The translations under genes and the position numbers were made by a program. Below, piece after piece: positions 55,483-64,000 of a DNA stretch of 64,000 nucleotides; position 1 is the stretch's first letter; each line of letters begins with the position of its first letter. Origin of the DNA: a bacterium (lineage in GTDB: Bacteria > Orphanbacterota > Orphanbacteria > Orphanbacterales > Orphanbacteraceae); NCBI GenBank assembly GCA_025782575.1, contig JALGYY010000047.1, forward strand, positions 14,139-78,138, written 5' to 3'. The notes beneath the pieces were generated by a model. It was not told the DNA's origin and made no database searches. It saw only the letters and a list, made by a program, of their open reading frames with translations.

Positions 55483-57507
55483 TCAAGGCCTCGTCCCCCC
55501 GCTCAGTTCGGCATGAAGAGCGCGAAGATTCACGTTGCCCTGATTCTGTTGTATCGCCTCGGTCAGAACAGCCAGCGCTTCGTCAATTCGGTTCGTCTTT
55601 GCCAGGTGCCGGGCCAGGATGATGGCTGTATCGGCGAACTCCGGCGTCTGACGTAACGCCTCTCTCAGCCTGCGCTCACCTTTGACTTCCTGTCCGTTTT
55701 TGATGAGGCACTCTCCCAGCTTCATCGGCGCGATAGGATTGAACGCACCAGTTCCGAGGTAGGCCTCCCATTGCGTTACGGCTTCCCCGTACCGGGACCG
55801 CTTTTCCAGAAAGAGCGCGTAGTTCGCTTTGAAATTCGGATAGTCAGGGAACCTGGCGATCGCGTGCCGGAATGCTATGTCAGCTTCTCCGAATCTTCCG
55901 AGCGATTCCAGAAGCCGGGCAACACTGTTGAGGGCGATCTTGTTCTCTCCAAGTTTCAGGTAGGCCTGGAAAGCCGCCAGCGCCTCTTCCGGCCTCTCCG
56001 TTTCCTGGAGGACCGTTCCGAGCCCATAGTAACCTTCCGGGTAGTCAGGGTCGGTTCGAATGGCATCCCGATATTTTTCTTCCGCCTCCCGAATCCTACC
56101 CTGCTGATACAGACTGCCCCCTTCACCTTGATGAGCCCATGCCAGGTTGATCTTGTCCACAGCACCGAAATCAACCGTGAGGAGTGTCGCGAGCAGGAGA
56201 AGAATCGCGAGAGGGGGGAGCAGTCGTTTTCGATTCCGGCGTGACAATTGCCACATGCGAGAGAGCGCGGATGACGAAAACAACAGAAGTACGGGGACTA
56301 CCGGCATCCTAAAACGGGAGCAGACGAAGAAGAGAACGAGTGTTGCGGAGTAGCTGAGAAAGAACAACATGAGTAGTCGGGCGCCGGAGCGATTGCGGGA
56401 CCAGAACGCACCGATCAACCCCAGCGGCATCATGAGACCCATGCCGAATGGGAGGAGGCGAAAAACGAGTGAGTGTCTCGCGTAATACGGGATGTAATAG
56501 TTATTGGAGAGCTCCTCAGCGTGCAGGAGGAGGTAGGTTTTTTTCAGGAAGAGCCTTGCGGCCTGGCCCGGATTTTCCCGTATGAAACGCCCACCTTTCT
56601 CGAACCAGTAATTGGAAATCCCTTTGTAGGAAAGATCACTCCCCCGTTCGCTTTGTGGAATGCTGATCGCATCTTCATATCCTTCCTGCCATTGTCGCCT
56701 GAATTCGGGGGCGGTGGCGCTCCACCCGTCCGCCCCACTATGATTCCCCAGATAGAAGTTGACGCCCCCCTGCCAGGCGATCAGGACAAGCTCTCCCCCT
56801 TTTGTCAGATTGCGAATCGTGACGGGTAGAATCACTAGAAGGGAAGCGATCGCTACAATGGCGGTCGGTAAGACTACGCGTCTAATGGTCTCCTTTTTCG
56901 ATTGCATGATGAGCCAGAGCGGGATGAAAGGAGAGAATACAAGAACATTGGGCCTGGTGATGGCGCTGAGGCCCAGGACGAGTCCGGCCGCGAACCAGAT
57001 CCGTCTTTCCTTTCGATCTTCTGCCATGAGAATCAACCAAATGAGAAGAAGATTCAGGGTCAGGGCGAGGGGGGTAATCAACAGTTCACCGTGAAAGTAG
57101 ATGAACATGGGATAGAGGATCGCGAGGAGAACCGCACCGAGCGCCACGGCCTCATCAAAAACATGTTTCCCGATCAGAAAGATAAGAAGGAGAGAAGCTA
57201 CACCGAGCAAGGACTGCAGAATGCGCGTTACATACAGGTCCCGTCCGGTCACTGAAAAGAGTGCGGCGAGGAAGTAAGAGTAACCGGGGGCGCGGAAGAA
57301 CGGCTCACCGGCGGCGAAGTCTTCGCCGTCCAGAATCGCGCGGGCCCACTCGTTGTGATAGCCGGGATCCATGTCCGGCCTGGCGTGCATGGGGGAGGCA
57401 CGCATGGCCGATATATGGCTGAGACTGAGCAGAAAAAAGAGAGTGAGAAGGCCGGGCAAAATAGAGCGCCGTATGGAATGCCGTAATTTGTTTCGCCGTC
57501 GTGGCAC
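55483..57507 (-). CDS. GT-C fold (family 39 / ArnT-PMT-like) membrane glycosyltransferase with C-terminal TPR repeats (TMTC-like architecture)
   Basis: About 11 TM helices in the N-terminal 420 aa, with a periplasmic-loop DMDPGYHNEWA after TM1. C-terminal ~230 aa carry TPR repeats (AEEKYRDAIRTDPDYPEGYYGLGTVL...). Confidence 0.65.
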   Translation of the reverse strand: MPRRRNKLRHSIRRSILPGLLTLFFLLSLSHISAMRASPMHARPDMDPGYHNEWARAILDGEDFAAGEPFFRAPGYSYFLAALFSVTGRDLYVTRILQSLLGVASLLLIFLIGKHVFDEAVALGAVLLAILYPMFIYFHGELLITPLALTLNLLLIWLILMAEDRKERRIWFAAGLVLGLSAITRPNVLVFSPFIPLWLIMQSKKETIRRVVLPTAIVAIASLLVILPVTIRNLTKGGELVLIAWQGGVNFYLGNHSGADGWSATAPEFRRQWQEGYEDAISIPQSERGSDLSYKGISNYWFEKGGRFIRENPGQAARLFLKKTYLLLHAEELSNNYYIPYYARHSLVFRLLPFGMGLMMPLGLIGAFWSRNRSGARLLMLFFLSYSATLVLFFVCSRFRMPVVPVLLLFSSSALSRMWQLSRRNRKRLLPPLAILLLLATLLTVDFGAVDKINLAWAHQGEGGSLYQQGRIREAEEKYRDAIRTDPDYPEGYYGLGTVLQETERPEEALAAFQAYLKLGENKIALNSVARLLESLGRFGEADIAFRHAIARFPDYPNFKANYALFLEKRSRYGEAVTQWEAYLGTGAFNPIAPMKLGECLIKNGQEVKGERRLREALRQTPEFADTAIILARHLAKTNRIDEALAVLTEAIQQNQGNVNLRALHAELSGGTRP

Positions 57508-57510
57508 GCT

Positions 57511-58113
57511 TTACTGCGGTGGTGGCGGGTAATCCGGCAGATTGGCGGAATCGTCGTCATCATCACCGTCTCCGCCGCCCCCTCCCGCCACGATGGCGAG
57601 CAGCGCGATCGCGGCGCCCCCCGCAATCCAGGTGATGGGTTTCTTGTACCAAGCCCGTGATCCTGATTCTTCATCAACGCCGCCGGACCGTGGCCGGTCG
57701 CCGTCAGGAGTCCTGTAGCAGCGATCGAGAGCTTGTTCGAAAAGTTCCATCTCGCCGGCGGTATAGAAGTTGGGGTCGGGGCGCCAGTCGGGATCGTTCA
57801 TGATGACCTGGCAGAATGAGTTGACCGCATTGGTACGGTTCCCCAGCTCAGCCTCGCAGCGCGCCTTGAGGGCATAGGCATTGCGGAGTTCACTGATTGA
57901 CAGCCCTCCGAGCGCAATCGTTTCATCGATCGCGTGTAGAGCCTTTTCGAAACTTCCATCCTCGAAGAAACTGATCGCGCCGGTAAGCCCGGGGTTTTCG
58001 GCAGAGACCGGACCGGGAGCCAGAACCGGAGCCAGCAGAAGAACGATGGAGAGGAGCGCGGTAGTCCCTCTTCGGGCGGCTTTGGCTTTTGGGGGGCGAA
58101 AGAGCATGCACAT
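57511..58113 (-). CDS. Hypothetical membrane protein (TPR-like segment, poly-Gly/Asp tail)
   Basis: Start at the internal ATG giving a signal/TM segment (TTALLSIVLLLAPVLAPGPVSA). C-terminal TM plus GGGGGDGDDDDD tail. Confidence 0.4.
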   Translation of the reverse strand: MCMLFRPPKAKAARRGTTALLSIVLLLAPVLAPGPVSAENPGLTGAISFFEDGSFEKALHAIDETIALGGLSISELRNAYALKARCEAELGNRTNAVNSFCQVIMNDPDWRPDPNFYTAGEMELFEQALDRCYRTPDGDRPRSGGVDEESGSRAWYKKPITWIAGGAAIALLAIVAGGGGGDGDDDDDSANLPDYPPPPQ

Positions 58114-58171
58114 CCTCAATTCGATTGGATCGTAATCTGATTCTAACCGGTTTCGGGCTGCTCGTCTTCCT

Positions 58172-60043
58172 TCATCGGAAACTGTGCCGGAAAGTAGCTG
58201 TGTCACCGGCGGCGACCGCGGCATCCGACCATCGATGTGTGCCGAACGAAGGATGGCGCAATTCGATCACGTGTGACCCACCCGGGCTGACGGGGAAGCT
58301 CACGCGCCGCTTCTGTTTTTCGATCAGGCGGCCGTCGAGATAGACATCTCCATACGGTTTTACGTAGACGATCATGTAGCCGTGAGAAGGGGTCCTGGCC
58401 GGCTTATCCGGCTTTGGAGACGAACTCTTCGGTTCAGGTACTGGTGGGGCGACCGTATCGGACGGCGTCACCAGCGATCCGGAATCAGGCTCCTGTCCAG
58501 TCGAGTCGATGTCGCCTCCCCACCCGGCCGCACTTTGCGGTAAGAGAACCGAGATCAAGCGTACCGGAACTTCCCTCACTTCCCCCTCCTTCAGGTCGAG
58601 CCGGACTTCGGTCGGTTCCATGCCATCCATCTCGAGACGGACAAACCATTCCCCCGGTTCGAGCGATTCCATCCGGGCGGCGGTTCGGAGTCCTGATGAA
58701 CGGAAATCGGAGTCATCCGGACCCTTTACCCAGATCGCCGCGCCTGGCGGTACACTGTCCAGAACGAGGACGGCCCGGTCCGGTTGGGGAATCAACTGAC
58801 GGCTGAGGAGTCCGACGATGGTCATGATGACGGCGAGAGACAGAGCGAGAAGAGCGCCGATATGTTTCTTCGTTTTACCGGTCCAGGCCACCCTGCGCCG
58901 CGGGGTTTGCGGAAGTTCGATACCGGAATCCGCCCTCCGTTTTCGGAGTTTCCGGAGTGCGCTCCCCGCCTGGGCGTTCCTTTCGTCCAATCGGAGAACC
59001 AGCTCGAATTGACGGATCGCGTCATCGATCTGTTCGAGCCCCATGTTCATGTAGTATGCGCCTCGATCAAGGTGATACGTCAGGCGACTCTTCCCGATCT
59101 CTTTCGAAAAGCCGATCGGGTCTTCGGAGAACTGCGTCAGAAGTCGACGACGGTATTTTAGGACCGAGATCGGACTGTCGAGCGTTTCCATGGCCGTTTC
59201 AATCGCCCGGAGAACTTCCGACATGTTCTGGTAACGCCTGGCAGGATCCTTTGCGAGCATGCGATCGATCATCGTTTCGATCTCGGGAGTGATGAAAGGA
59301 GCCGCTGAAGAAAGGGAGGGGGCGGGCACGCGGATCACCATCTCCTTGATTTCGGAATAGGAATCCCCGCGGAAAGCTCTCTGTCCTGAAATAAGTTCGT
59401 ATGCAAGCGCGCCTAGCGAAAAAATATCGCTCCGGTAGTCAACTTCGTGGCCTGTCGCTTGTTCGGGTGACATATAGGCCGGCGTGCCGAGCACCGATCC
59501 GGGAACAGTCAGGGCGGAGAGGCGATCAATGTCTTCTCGACGCCGGGCGAGGCCGAAGTCGACTACTTTAATGACCCCGTTCTCACCGAGCAGCACATTG
59601 CCAGGTTTGATGTCCCTGTGAATGACGCCGTTCTTGTGGGCCGCCTCGAGTCCGAGCGCGATCTCCTCGATTATGGTGAGGGCCGCTTCGAGGGGGATGG
59701 TCGTCACTTTTTCCATCACTCGACGGAGGTCCGTCCCTCGGACGTACTCCATTACGATGAAGTAGACTTCGTCCTCGACGTCAAAATCGATCACATTCAC
59801 TATGTTGTTGTGGCCGAGGCTCGAGGCGGCACGCGCCTCACGTTCGAACCGAGTGATGTAGGCTTCATCTCCGGCAAGGCTGGGATGGAGGATCTTGATC
59901 GCCACCTCGCGATCGAGGGCTTTCTGCACGCCCCTGTAGATCGTGGACATGCCTCCCGAGCCGATCTTCTCGAATAACTCGTATCCTCGAAGCGATCTCG
60001 GCATAATCGATCCTAGCTTAGGAGGTGGTTCAGCGATCCTCAA
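58172..60043 (-). CDS. Hanks-type Ser/Thr protein kinase with TM and extracytoplasmic PEGA-like domains
   Basis: GSGGMSTIYRG (G-loop), VAIKIL (K), HRDIKPGNVLL (catalytic loop), DFGLAR, APE-like SPEQ. Single TM (IGALLALSLAVIMTIVGLL), then C-terminal beta-rich domains. Confidence 0.9.
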   Translation of the reverse strand: MRIAEPPPKLGSIMPRSLRGYELFEKIGSGGMSTIYRGVQKALDREVAIKILHPSLAGDEAYITRFEREARAASSLGHNNIVNVIDFDVEDEVYFIVMEYVRGTDLRRVMEKVTTIPLEAALTIIEEIALGLEAAHKNGVIHRDIKPGNVLLGENGVIKVVDFGLARRREDIDRLSALTVPGSVLGTPAYMSPEQATGHEVDYRSDIFSLGALAYELISGQRAFRGDSYSEIKEMVIRVPAPSLSSAAPFITPEIETMIDRMLAKDPARRYQNMSEVLRAIETAMETLDSPISVLKYRRRLLTQFSEDPIGFSKEIGKSRLTYHLDRGAYYMNMGLEQIDDAIRQFELVLRLDERNAQAGSALRKLRKRRADSGIELPQTPRRRVAWTGKTKKHIGALLALSLAVIMTIVGLLSRQLIPQPDRAVLVLDSVPPGAAIWVKGPDDSDFRSSGLRTAARMESLEPGEWFVRLEMDGMEPTEVRLDLKEGEVREVPVRLISVLLPQSAAGWGGDIDSTGQEPDSGSLVTPSDTVAPPVPEPKSSSPKPDKPARTPSHGYMIVYVKPYGDVYLDGRLIEKQKRRVSFPVSPGGSHVIELRHPSFGTHRWSDAAVAAGDTATFRHSFR

Positions 60044-60770
60044 TGCGGGCGATAATCACTGTGACGTTGTCCGGACCGCCTCGATCCAGCGCCAGATCGA
60101 CCAGGCGGTTGCAGATGGTGGCAGGTGTGTCGCTCGATGAGCTGATTCTCAGGATCTCTTCATCGCCCACAGGCCCGGTCAGCCCATCAGAGCAGATAAT
60201 CAAAGTATCGCCATGTCGAAGAGGATTCTGCGGGGAAATCACATCAACCTCGACGTGCTCGTTCACGCCCATCGAGCGCGTGAGCAGATGCCGGGGAATC
60301 CAGGAAGGAGCCTGTTCGCCCCCGTTGGCTCGCTCAGTTTCGGCGGCGAGCGTATGGTCGTTCGTCAACTGCCTCAAACTGTCATCGCGAACCAGGTAGG
60401 CCCGGCTGTCGCCCACATGACCGATGGTGAGACTGTCGCCAACGACAATCGCGGCCGTGCAGGTCGTTCCCATTCCTGCGTACTGTGGATTGGCTGCCGT
60501 CTCACCCTGGATTGCGGCATTGGCCTTTTGGAGTGCGATCAGCGCCCGCTCCGCGGCGGTAATTCCGGCGGAGTGATCGAAGAAAGAATCGCGCACCGTC
60601 TCGACGGCGATTCGGCTCGCCACTTCGCCGGCCGAAGCCCCACCCATCCCGTCAGCAACGATCATCAGGCAACCACGCGAGGAATCCTCATCTACAAAAT
60701 AGCCGAGGGAATCTTCGTTGTTCTTCCGCTTGAGACCGACGTCGGTCAATGTTTCAACAGTGATATTCAC
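60030..60770 (-). CDS. PP2C-family (PPM) Ser/Thr protein phosphatase
   Basis: TDVGLKRKNNEDS, IVADGMGGASAGEVAS, ICSDGL. Overlaps the kinase gene start by 14 nt. Confidence 0.85.
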   Translation of the reverse strand: MNITVETLTDVGLKRKNNEDSLGYFVDEDSSRGCLMIVADGMGGASAGEVASRIAVETVRDSFFDHSAGITAAERALIALQKANAAIQGETAANPQYAGMGTTCTAAIVVGDSLTIGHVGDSRAYLVRDDSLRQLTNDHTLAAETERANGGEQAPSWIPRHLLTRSMGVNEHVEVDVISPQNPLRHGDTLIICSDGLTGPVGDEEILRISSSSDTPATICNRLVDLALDRGGPDNVTVIIARIEDR

Positions 60771-60782
60771 GGTTCTCGCTGA

Positions 60783-63563
60783 TTAGCGGATCATTACGAT
60801 CCGATGTGTTACCGTCTGATTCCCGGCACGATGGCGTGCGAGATAAACCCCCGCCGCCAGTGCTCTGCCCCGTTCATCCCGTCCATCCCAGAGTAGCACG
60901 TTCTCCCCGGCTGATGCGCCTCTCCTTTCCAGGTGCCTCACTTCTCTTCCCGCCGGCGTGTAGATCGTAACCGCCAGATCAGCACTTCCGGGAAGATGAA
61001 AACGGAATCCGACGGACTGCTGGAATGGACTGGGGTAGGCATGCATGAAACGAGGCTTTCCCGCAGCAGCATTTGAAAGGTCATCGGAATCAAGCGATGC
61101 GATCAGCGTGAAGTGCTTCGTCAGACCGGTAGCGGCGACCAAGACCGAACCGTCAGGATCGACCGGGACGCGCGACCCGGTATCCTTGTTGACCCATGTA
61201 AGTTTTAACTCTTCCGGCAAATCAAAGCTGATAAACCGAATGAGGACCTCGCCCGGTCCTTCTACGCCGCTGAGCACGATCTCCCATTTATTCGAACGGG
61301 CGGGAGGTACGAAGTCGTGGACGTAATCACCGCTCATCGCTCCCCAATTGTGGTGCGGTAGATAGAGCCGTAGTCCGCCATCCGGGGGGTGAGGGGGGAG
61401 TGCTCGGCTGAGGGGATTCCATTTATTACCGGCGTCATTTGATACGCCGACGAGAACGGCAGCACCGACCGCTTCATTCGTTGTCGCCCGAATACTGATC
61501 GCCCAATCCGCATCAACCGGTTTGGAGACGGGCATCGGCTCTATGGATCGATACTTCTGCACGGCGTCGATTGGAAAGATCAGATGAGCGGGGCCATCTG
61601 TCAGTTTGCGTATCCAGAACCCCACACCACGCCCGAAGCCACTGAGATCGAGATACTGATCGCCGAACCAGGATTGTACCGTCCGATCAGTCAGATCGTT
61701 TTCGCTGCTCGTAACCTGGACCGTGTCGATGCCGTCGGTCACGAGCAGGTCATTCGTCAATATTGTTCCGTTATGAGGGAATCCGATCTGGTTCCAGGCG
61801 GCCGCGCCGCCGGGACCGCTCGCGAGCGAGACCGAGACGTCTCCTTCCGGGTAGAATCCCCATGGCGTAAAGAGGGAATCGACAGAACCGTCGGTTATCA
61901 TCCAGTAGCCGGCGCCCGTTTCTGTCATGTCGGTTGCCGATACCAGATCTTCATAGGCTTCATCGGCCGGACTCCAATGCCCCACTTTCCAGGTCTTGTC
62001 GTTGAACGGACCAAGAGTATCCATGATGGCGGTGATGCTTCGCTCACCTGCAGTCTCGGGGGCGAGTGGAAACGAAACCATATCCCATCGACGTTCGACG
62101 AGCGGGAAGATGATCGCGTTCGGAGTAACAGCGGGGGCGTTCATCACAGTGAGATCGGTCGTGTCGGCACACCCGGCACGGCTGGCGATAATCGATGTCG
62201 TCCCTTCCGTAAGGCCGAGCGCCTCCCCTTCCGACGAGATTGTCGCGATCGAAATACTCGTTGACTTCCAGATCGAGGCGACTTCGCTCTCGAAATCGGC
62301 ATCGGGCCACACGCCGCTCCGGAACCGCCCGGTTGCCGTGTACTCTAGAATCTCATCGGTTTCGATCGTGTCGTTCGCCGGTTCAACGGTGAGCTCTAGC
62401 AATTCAGCCTCAAACAGGTATTTCAGGTCGCCGTTCCCCTTGTCGTAGTAGGTGATCTGGGCGAATCCCAAAGTGTCGAGACGGAGGGTCACGATCTCGC
62501 CGACATCTCCCTCGGTATCGAAATCAAAGTCCTCCCATTGATCGTCGGTGATCCGGACGGCGAGATTGAGATCAGCCTCGGGAAGGACATAGTAAGCGAT
62601 AATCGGTCCGAACCGGCTCACGTCGATTGAAACGGGTCGGCTGTCTCCCCATATGCCCGCGTCGTCAACCAGTTCCGGATTGAAATCACTCTCCCGTGCC
62701 GCGAAGTAGAGATTGGCCTGGCCGGGGATCATGTCTTCTGTCGATTCAACCCAGGCGATGTAGACATCATTCTGATCGTCGATAGCGATGGAGGACCAGC
62801 CGATACCGTTGTCCGACGGCAGGTCGAGCGTGGCGACTCTCACTCGTTCCCAGTCGCCGCTCTCGTTGGTGACGTAGTGAACGTTGATGGAGTCGTCGTA
62901 GATATTCGTGTAGCTGATGTGCGCCTTACCCTCACTGTCGAGTACAAGCTGACACTCGAACCCGGCGAATTCCGACGAGTCGACAGTCTGATGGATAAAG
63001 AGGTCGCCATTCAGGAACGCGTACTCGAGGTTCAGGCTGTCGTTGTCGCAATAGGCGATGTGTGGATTGCCCTGTTCGTCCACAGTCAATGAGGACCATG
63101 ATCCTTCTGTGAGAGTATCGGCGGAAGAGACAAGCGTGCGGACCCAGTCCCCCGGTCGGTTTCGTACGGCGTACCAGAGCTCAGCATCTGCACGGTTCTC
63201 TTCGGTCACGTAGTAGGTGACATGGGGAATACCGCCCGAATCTACGGCGATTGAGTTGTACCAGCCGGCCTCACCGGCCGTCTGAATGATTTCCGGTGGT
63301 GTGAATTGAAGAGTCGACTTTTCGTAGCGTGTGTAGAAGATCGATCCGCTCTCTTCGTCGAAGTAGACGATGTGAGCCCTGCCCTCGCTATCGAGATCCA
63401 TAGCGGACCAGCGGCCGGCATTGCCTGCGGTGACGAGCGACTCGGTAAAGAACAGTGTGAACCCGCCGCCCGCGTGGACGGGGGCCGGAAACAGTATCGC
63501 AATCACCCCGATCAGGCAGGCGATTCCGGACGACACATATCGATTTCGCTCACACTTAAACAT
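60783..63563 (-). CDS. Large T9SS-secreted surface protein: N-terminal beta-propeller-like repeats, Big_2 domain, C-terminal Por sorting domain
   Basis: Signal peptide (start taken at the ATG giving MFKCERNRYVSSGIACLIGVIAILFPAPVHA). Repeated H[IV]xY blades (HIVYFDEE, HVTYYVTEE, HIAYCDND, HISYTNIY, YIAWVEST). Big_2-like segment (TVEPANDTIETDEILEYTATG...). C-terminal ...AAGVYLARHRAGNQTVTHRIVMIR. Confidence 0.65.
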   Translation of the reverse strand: MFKCERNRYVSSGIACLIGVIAILFPAPVHAGGGFTLFFTESLVTAGNAGRWSAMDLDSEGRAHIVYFDEESGSIFYTRYEKSTLQFTPPEIIQTAGEAGWYNSIAVDSGGIPHVTYYVTEENRADAELWYAVRNRPGDWVRTLVSSADTLTEGSWSSLTVDEQGNPHIAYCDNDSLNLEYAFLNGDLFIHQTVDSSEFAGFECQLVLDSEGKAHISYTNIYDDSINVHYVTNESGDWERVRVATLDLPSDNGIGWSSIAIDDQNDVYIAWVESTEDMIPGQANLYFAARESDFNPELVDDAGIWGDSRPVSIDVSRFGPIIAYYVLPEADLNLAVRITDDQWEDFDFDTEGDVGEIVTLRLDTLGFAQITYYDKGNGDLKYLFEAELLELTVEPANDTIETDEILEYTATGRFRSGVWPDADFESEVASIWKSTSISIATISSEGEALGLTEGTTSIIASRAGCADTTDLTVMNAPAVTPNAIIFPLVERRWDMVSFPLAPETAGERSITAIMDTLGPFNDKTWKVGHWSPADEAYEDLVSATDMTETGAGYWMITDGSVDSLFTPWGFYPEGDVSVSLASGPGGAAAWNQIGFPHNGTILTNDLLVTDGIDTVQVTSSENDLTDRTVQSWFGDQYLDLSGFGRGVGFWIRKLTDGPAHLIFPIDAVQKYRSIEPMPVSKPVDADWAISIRATTNEAVGAAVLVGVSNDAGNKWNPLSRALPPHPPDGGLRLYLPHHNWGAMSGDYVHDFVPPARSNKWEIVLSGVEGPGEVLIRFISFDLPEELKLTWVNKDTGSRVPVDPDGSVLVAATGLTKHFTLIASLDSDDLSNAAAGKPRFMHAYPSPFQQSVGFRFHLPGSADLAVTIYTPAGREVRHLERRGASAGENVLLWDGRDERGRALAAGVYLARHRAGNQTVTHRIVMIR

Positions 63564-63665
63564 GGTAGGCGAATGGTAACCGCTCCGCCCCGGGCTGTCC
63601 AGAGCCTGCGAAGGGGAGACAGTCCCGGGATTTCGATTTTTCATTTTGGCGGTCGGGTACCCGGC

Positions 63666-64000
63666 CTACGGCCTGGGGGGGATGGCTCGACCTTCGATCC
63701 GCGCAAATTCGCGGCGAAGTTCGTCGGGCACAGCGGCAGGTCTCTCGTTCCCGTAGTCGAAATAGACCTGGATACTGAGCGCTTCCGCCACCGCTCTTCC
63801 AGATACCTTCTCGCTTAGAAAATAAGAAAACGCGAACGACTTTTCGCCGATCCATTCCGCGCGAAGAGCGACTCGGATCACTTCCCTCGACAACGCAGGG
63901 CTTCGATAATCAATCTCGACGCGGGCGAGGATGAATGGAATCGACTCGAGAGAAGTCTCGGGCTGCGCGAGCTTCCAGTAAGCCATGCGCGCCTCTTCGA
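63666..64000 (-). CDS. Acyl-CoA thioesterase, 4HBT/YbgC-like hot-dog fold (5' end outside window)
   Basis: The reading frame stays open to the window edge. IPFILARVEIDYRSPALSREVIRVAL matches the hot-dog thioesterase core. Confidence 0.55.
   Translation of the reverse strand, partial: EEARMAYWKLAQPETSLESIPFILARVEIDYRSPALSREVIRVALRAEWIGEKSFAFSYFLSEKVSGRAVAEALSIQVYFDYGNERPAAVPDELRREFARIEGRAIPPRP

Noticed and set aside
1-64000. CRISPR arrays, transposases, integrases, rRNA/tRNA genes
   Set aside because: No regularly spaced direct repeats, no DDE/tyrosine-recombinase motifs, and no rRNA- or tRNA-like conserved stretches were found on reading both strands. The only mobile-element-like feature is the non-coding palindromic unit at 32547-32797.

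Overview
High-GC (~60-65%) bacterial chromosomal window, densely coding (~55 genes, many with 4-nt ATGA/GTGA/TTGA start-stop overlaps). Four secreted hydrolase or surface proteins end in the C-terminal sorting domain used by type IX secretion (last residues such as GIYFYRMNAG...RMVLVR). That points to an uncultured FCB-superphylum bacterium (Bacteroidota/Gemmatimonadota-like). Main content, in order:
- Carbohydrate genes: an AGE-family epimerase fragment, an SDR, a 1109-aa GH13 pullulanase, and a GH13/CBM48 amylase-like enzyme.
- An ECF sigma/anti-sigma pair.
- An ~11-kb, translationally coupled glycan-assembly operon: GT2, GT39/ArnT-like GT-C, Wzx-like flippase, HprK-like P-loop kinase-domain protein, GT4, Pol-beta-type nucleotidyltransferase-domain protein, frameshift-split GT2, Gfo/Idh/MocA oxidoreductase, gluconolactonase-like.
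- A TlpA/redoxin-like lipoprotein whose redox-active CxxC reads UxxC through an in-frame TGA, with a SECIS-like hairpin just downstream. It is immediately followed by a lipoprotein made of four lamin-tail-domain repeats.
- Housekeeping and membrane genes: oligopeptidase B, a ZIP transporter, a DEAD-box helicase, an OmpA-family lipoprotein, and a YdjG/YdjI-like zinc-ribbon plus SPFH pair.
- A ~250-bp palindromic element resembling a miniature inverted-repeat transposable element, whose 41-nt terminal inverted repeats abut the stop codons of two convergent genes and enclose a bidirectional terminator.
- A multi-PAS HisKA_3 sensor kinase with a LuxR-type regulator, a GS-like enzyme, and secreted M4-like and S8 proteases.
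- A cobalamin riboswitch in front of a single secreted hypothetical gene.
- An operon encoding a PP2C phosphatase, a Hanks-type Ser/Thr kinase, and a TMTC-like GT-C/TPR membrane protein, downstream of a large T9SS beta-propeller/Big_2 surface protein.
No rRNA, tRNA, CRISPR array or transposase gene was recognised.
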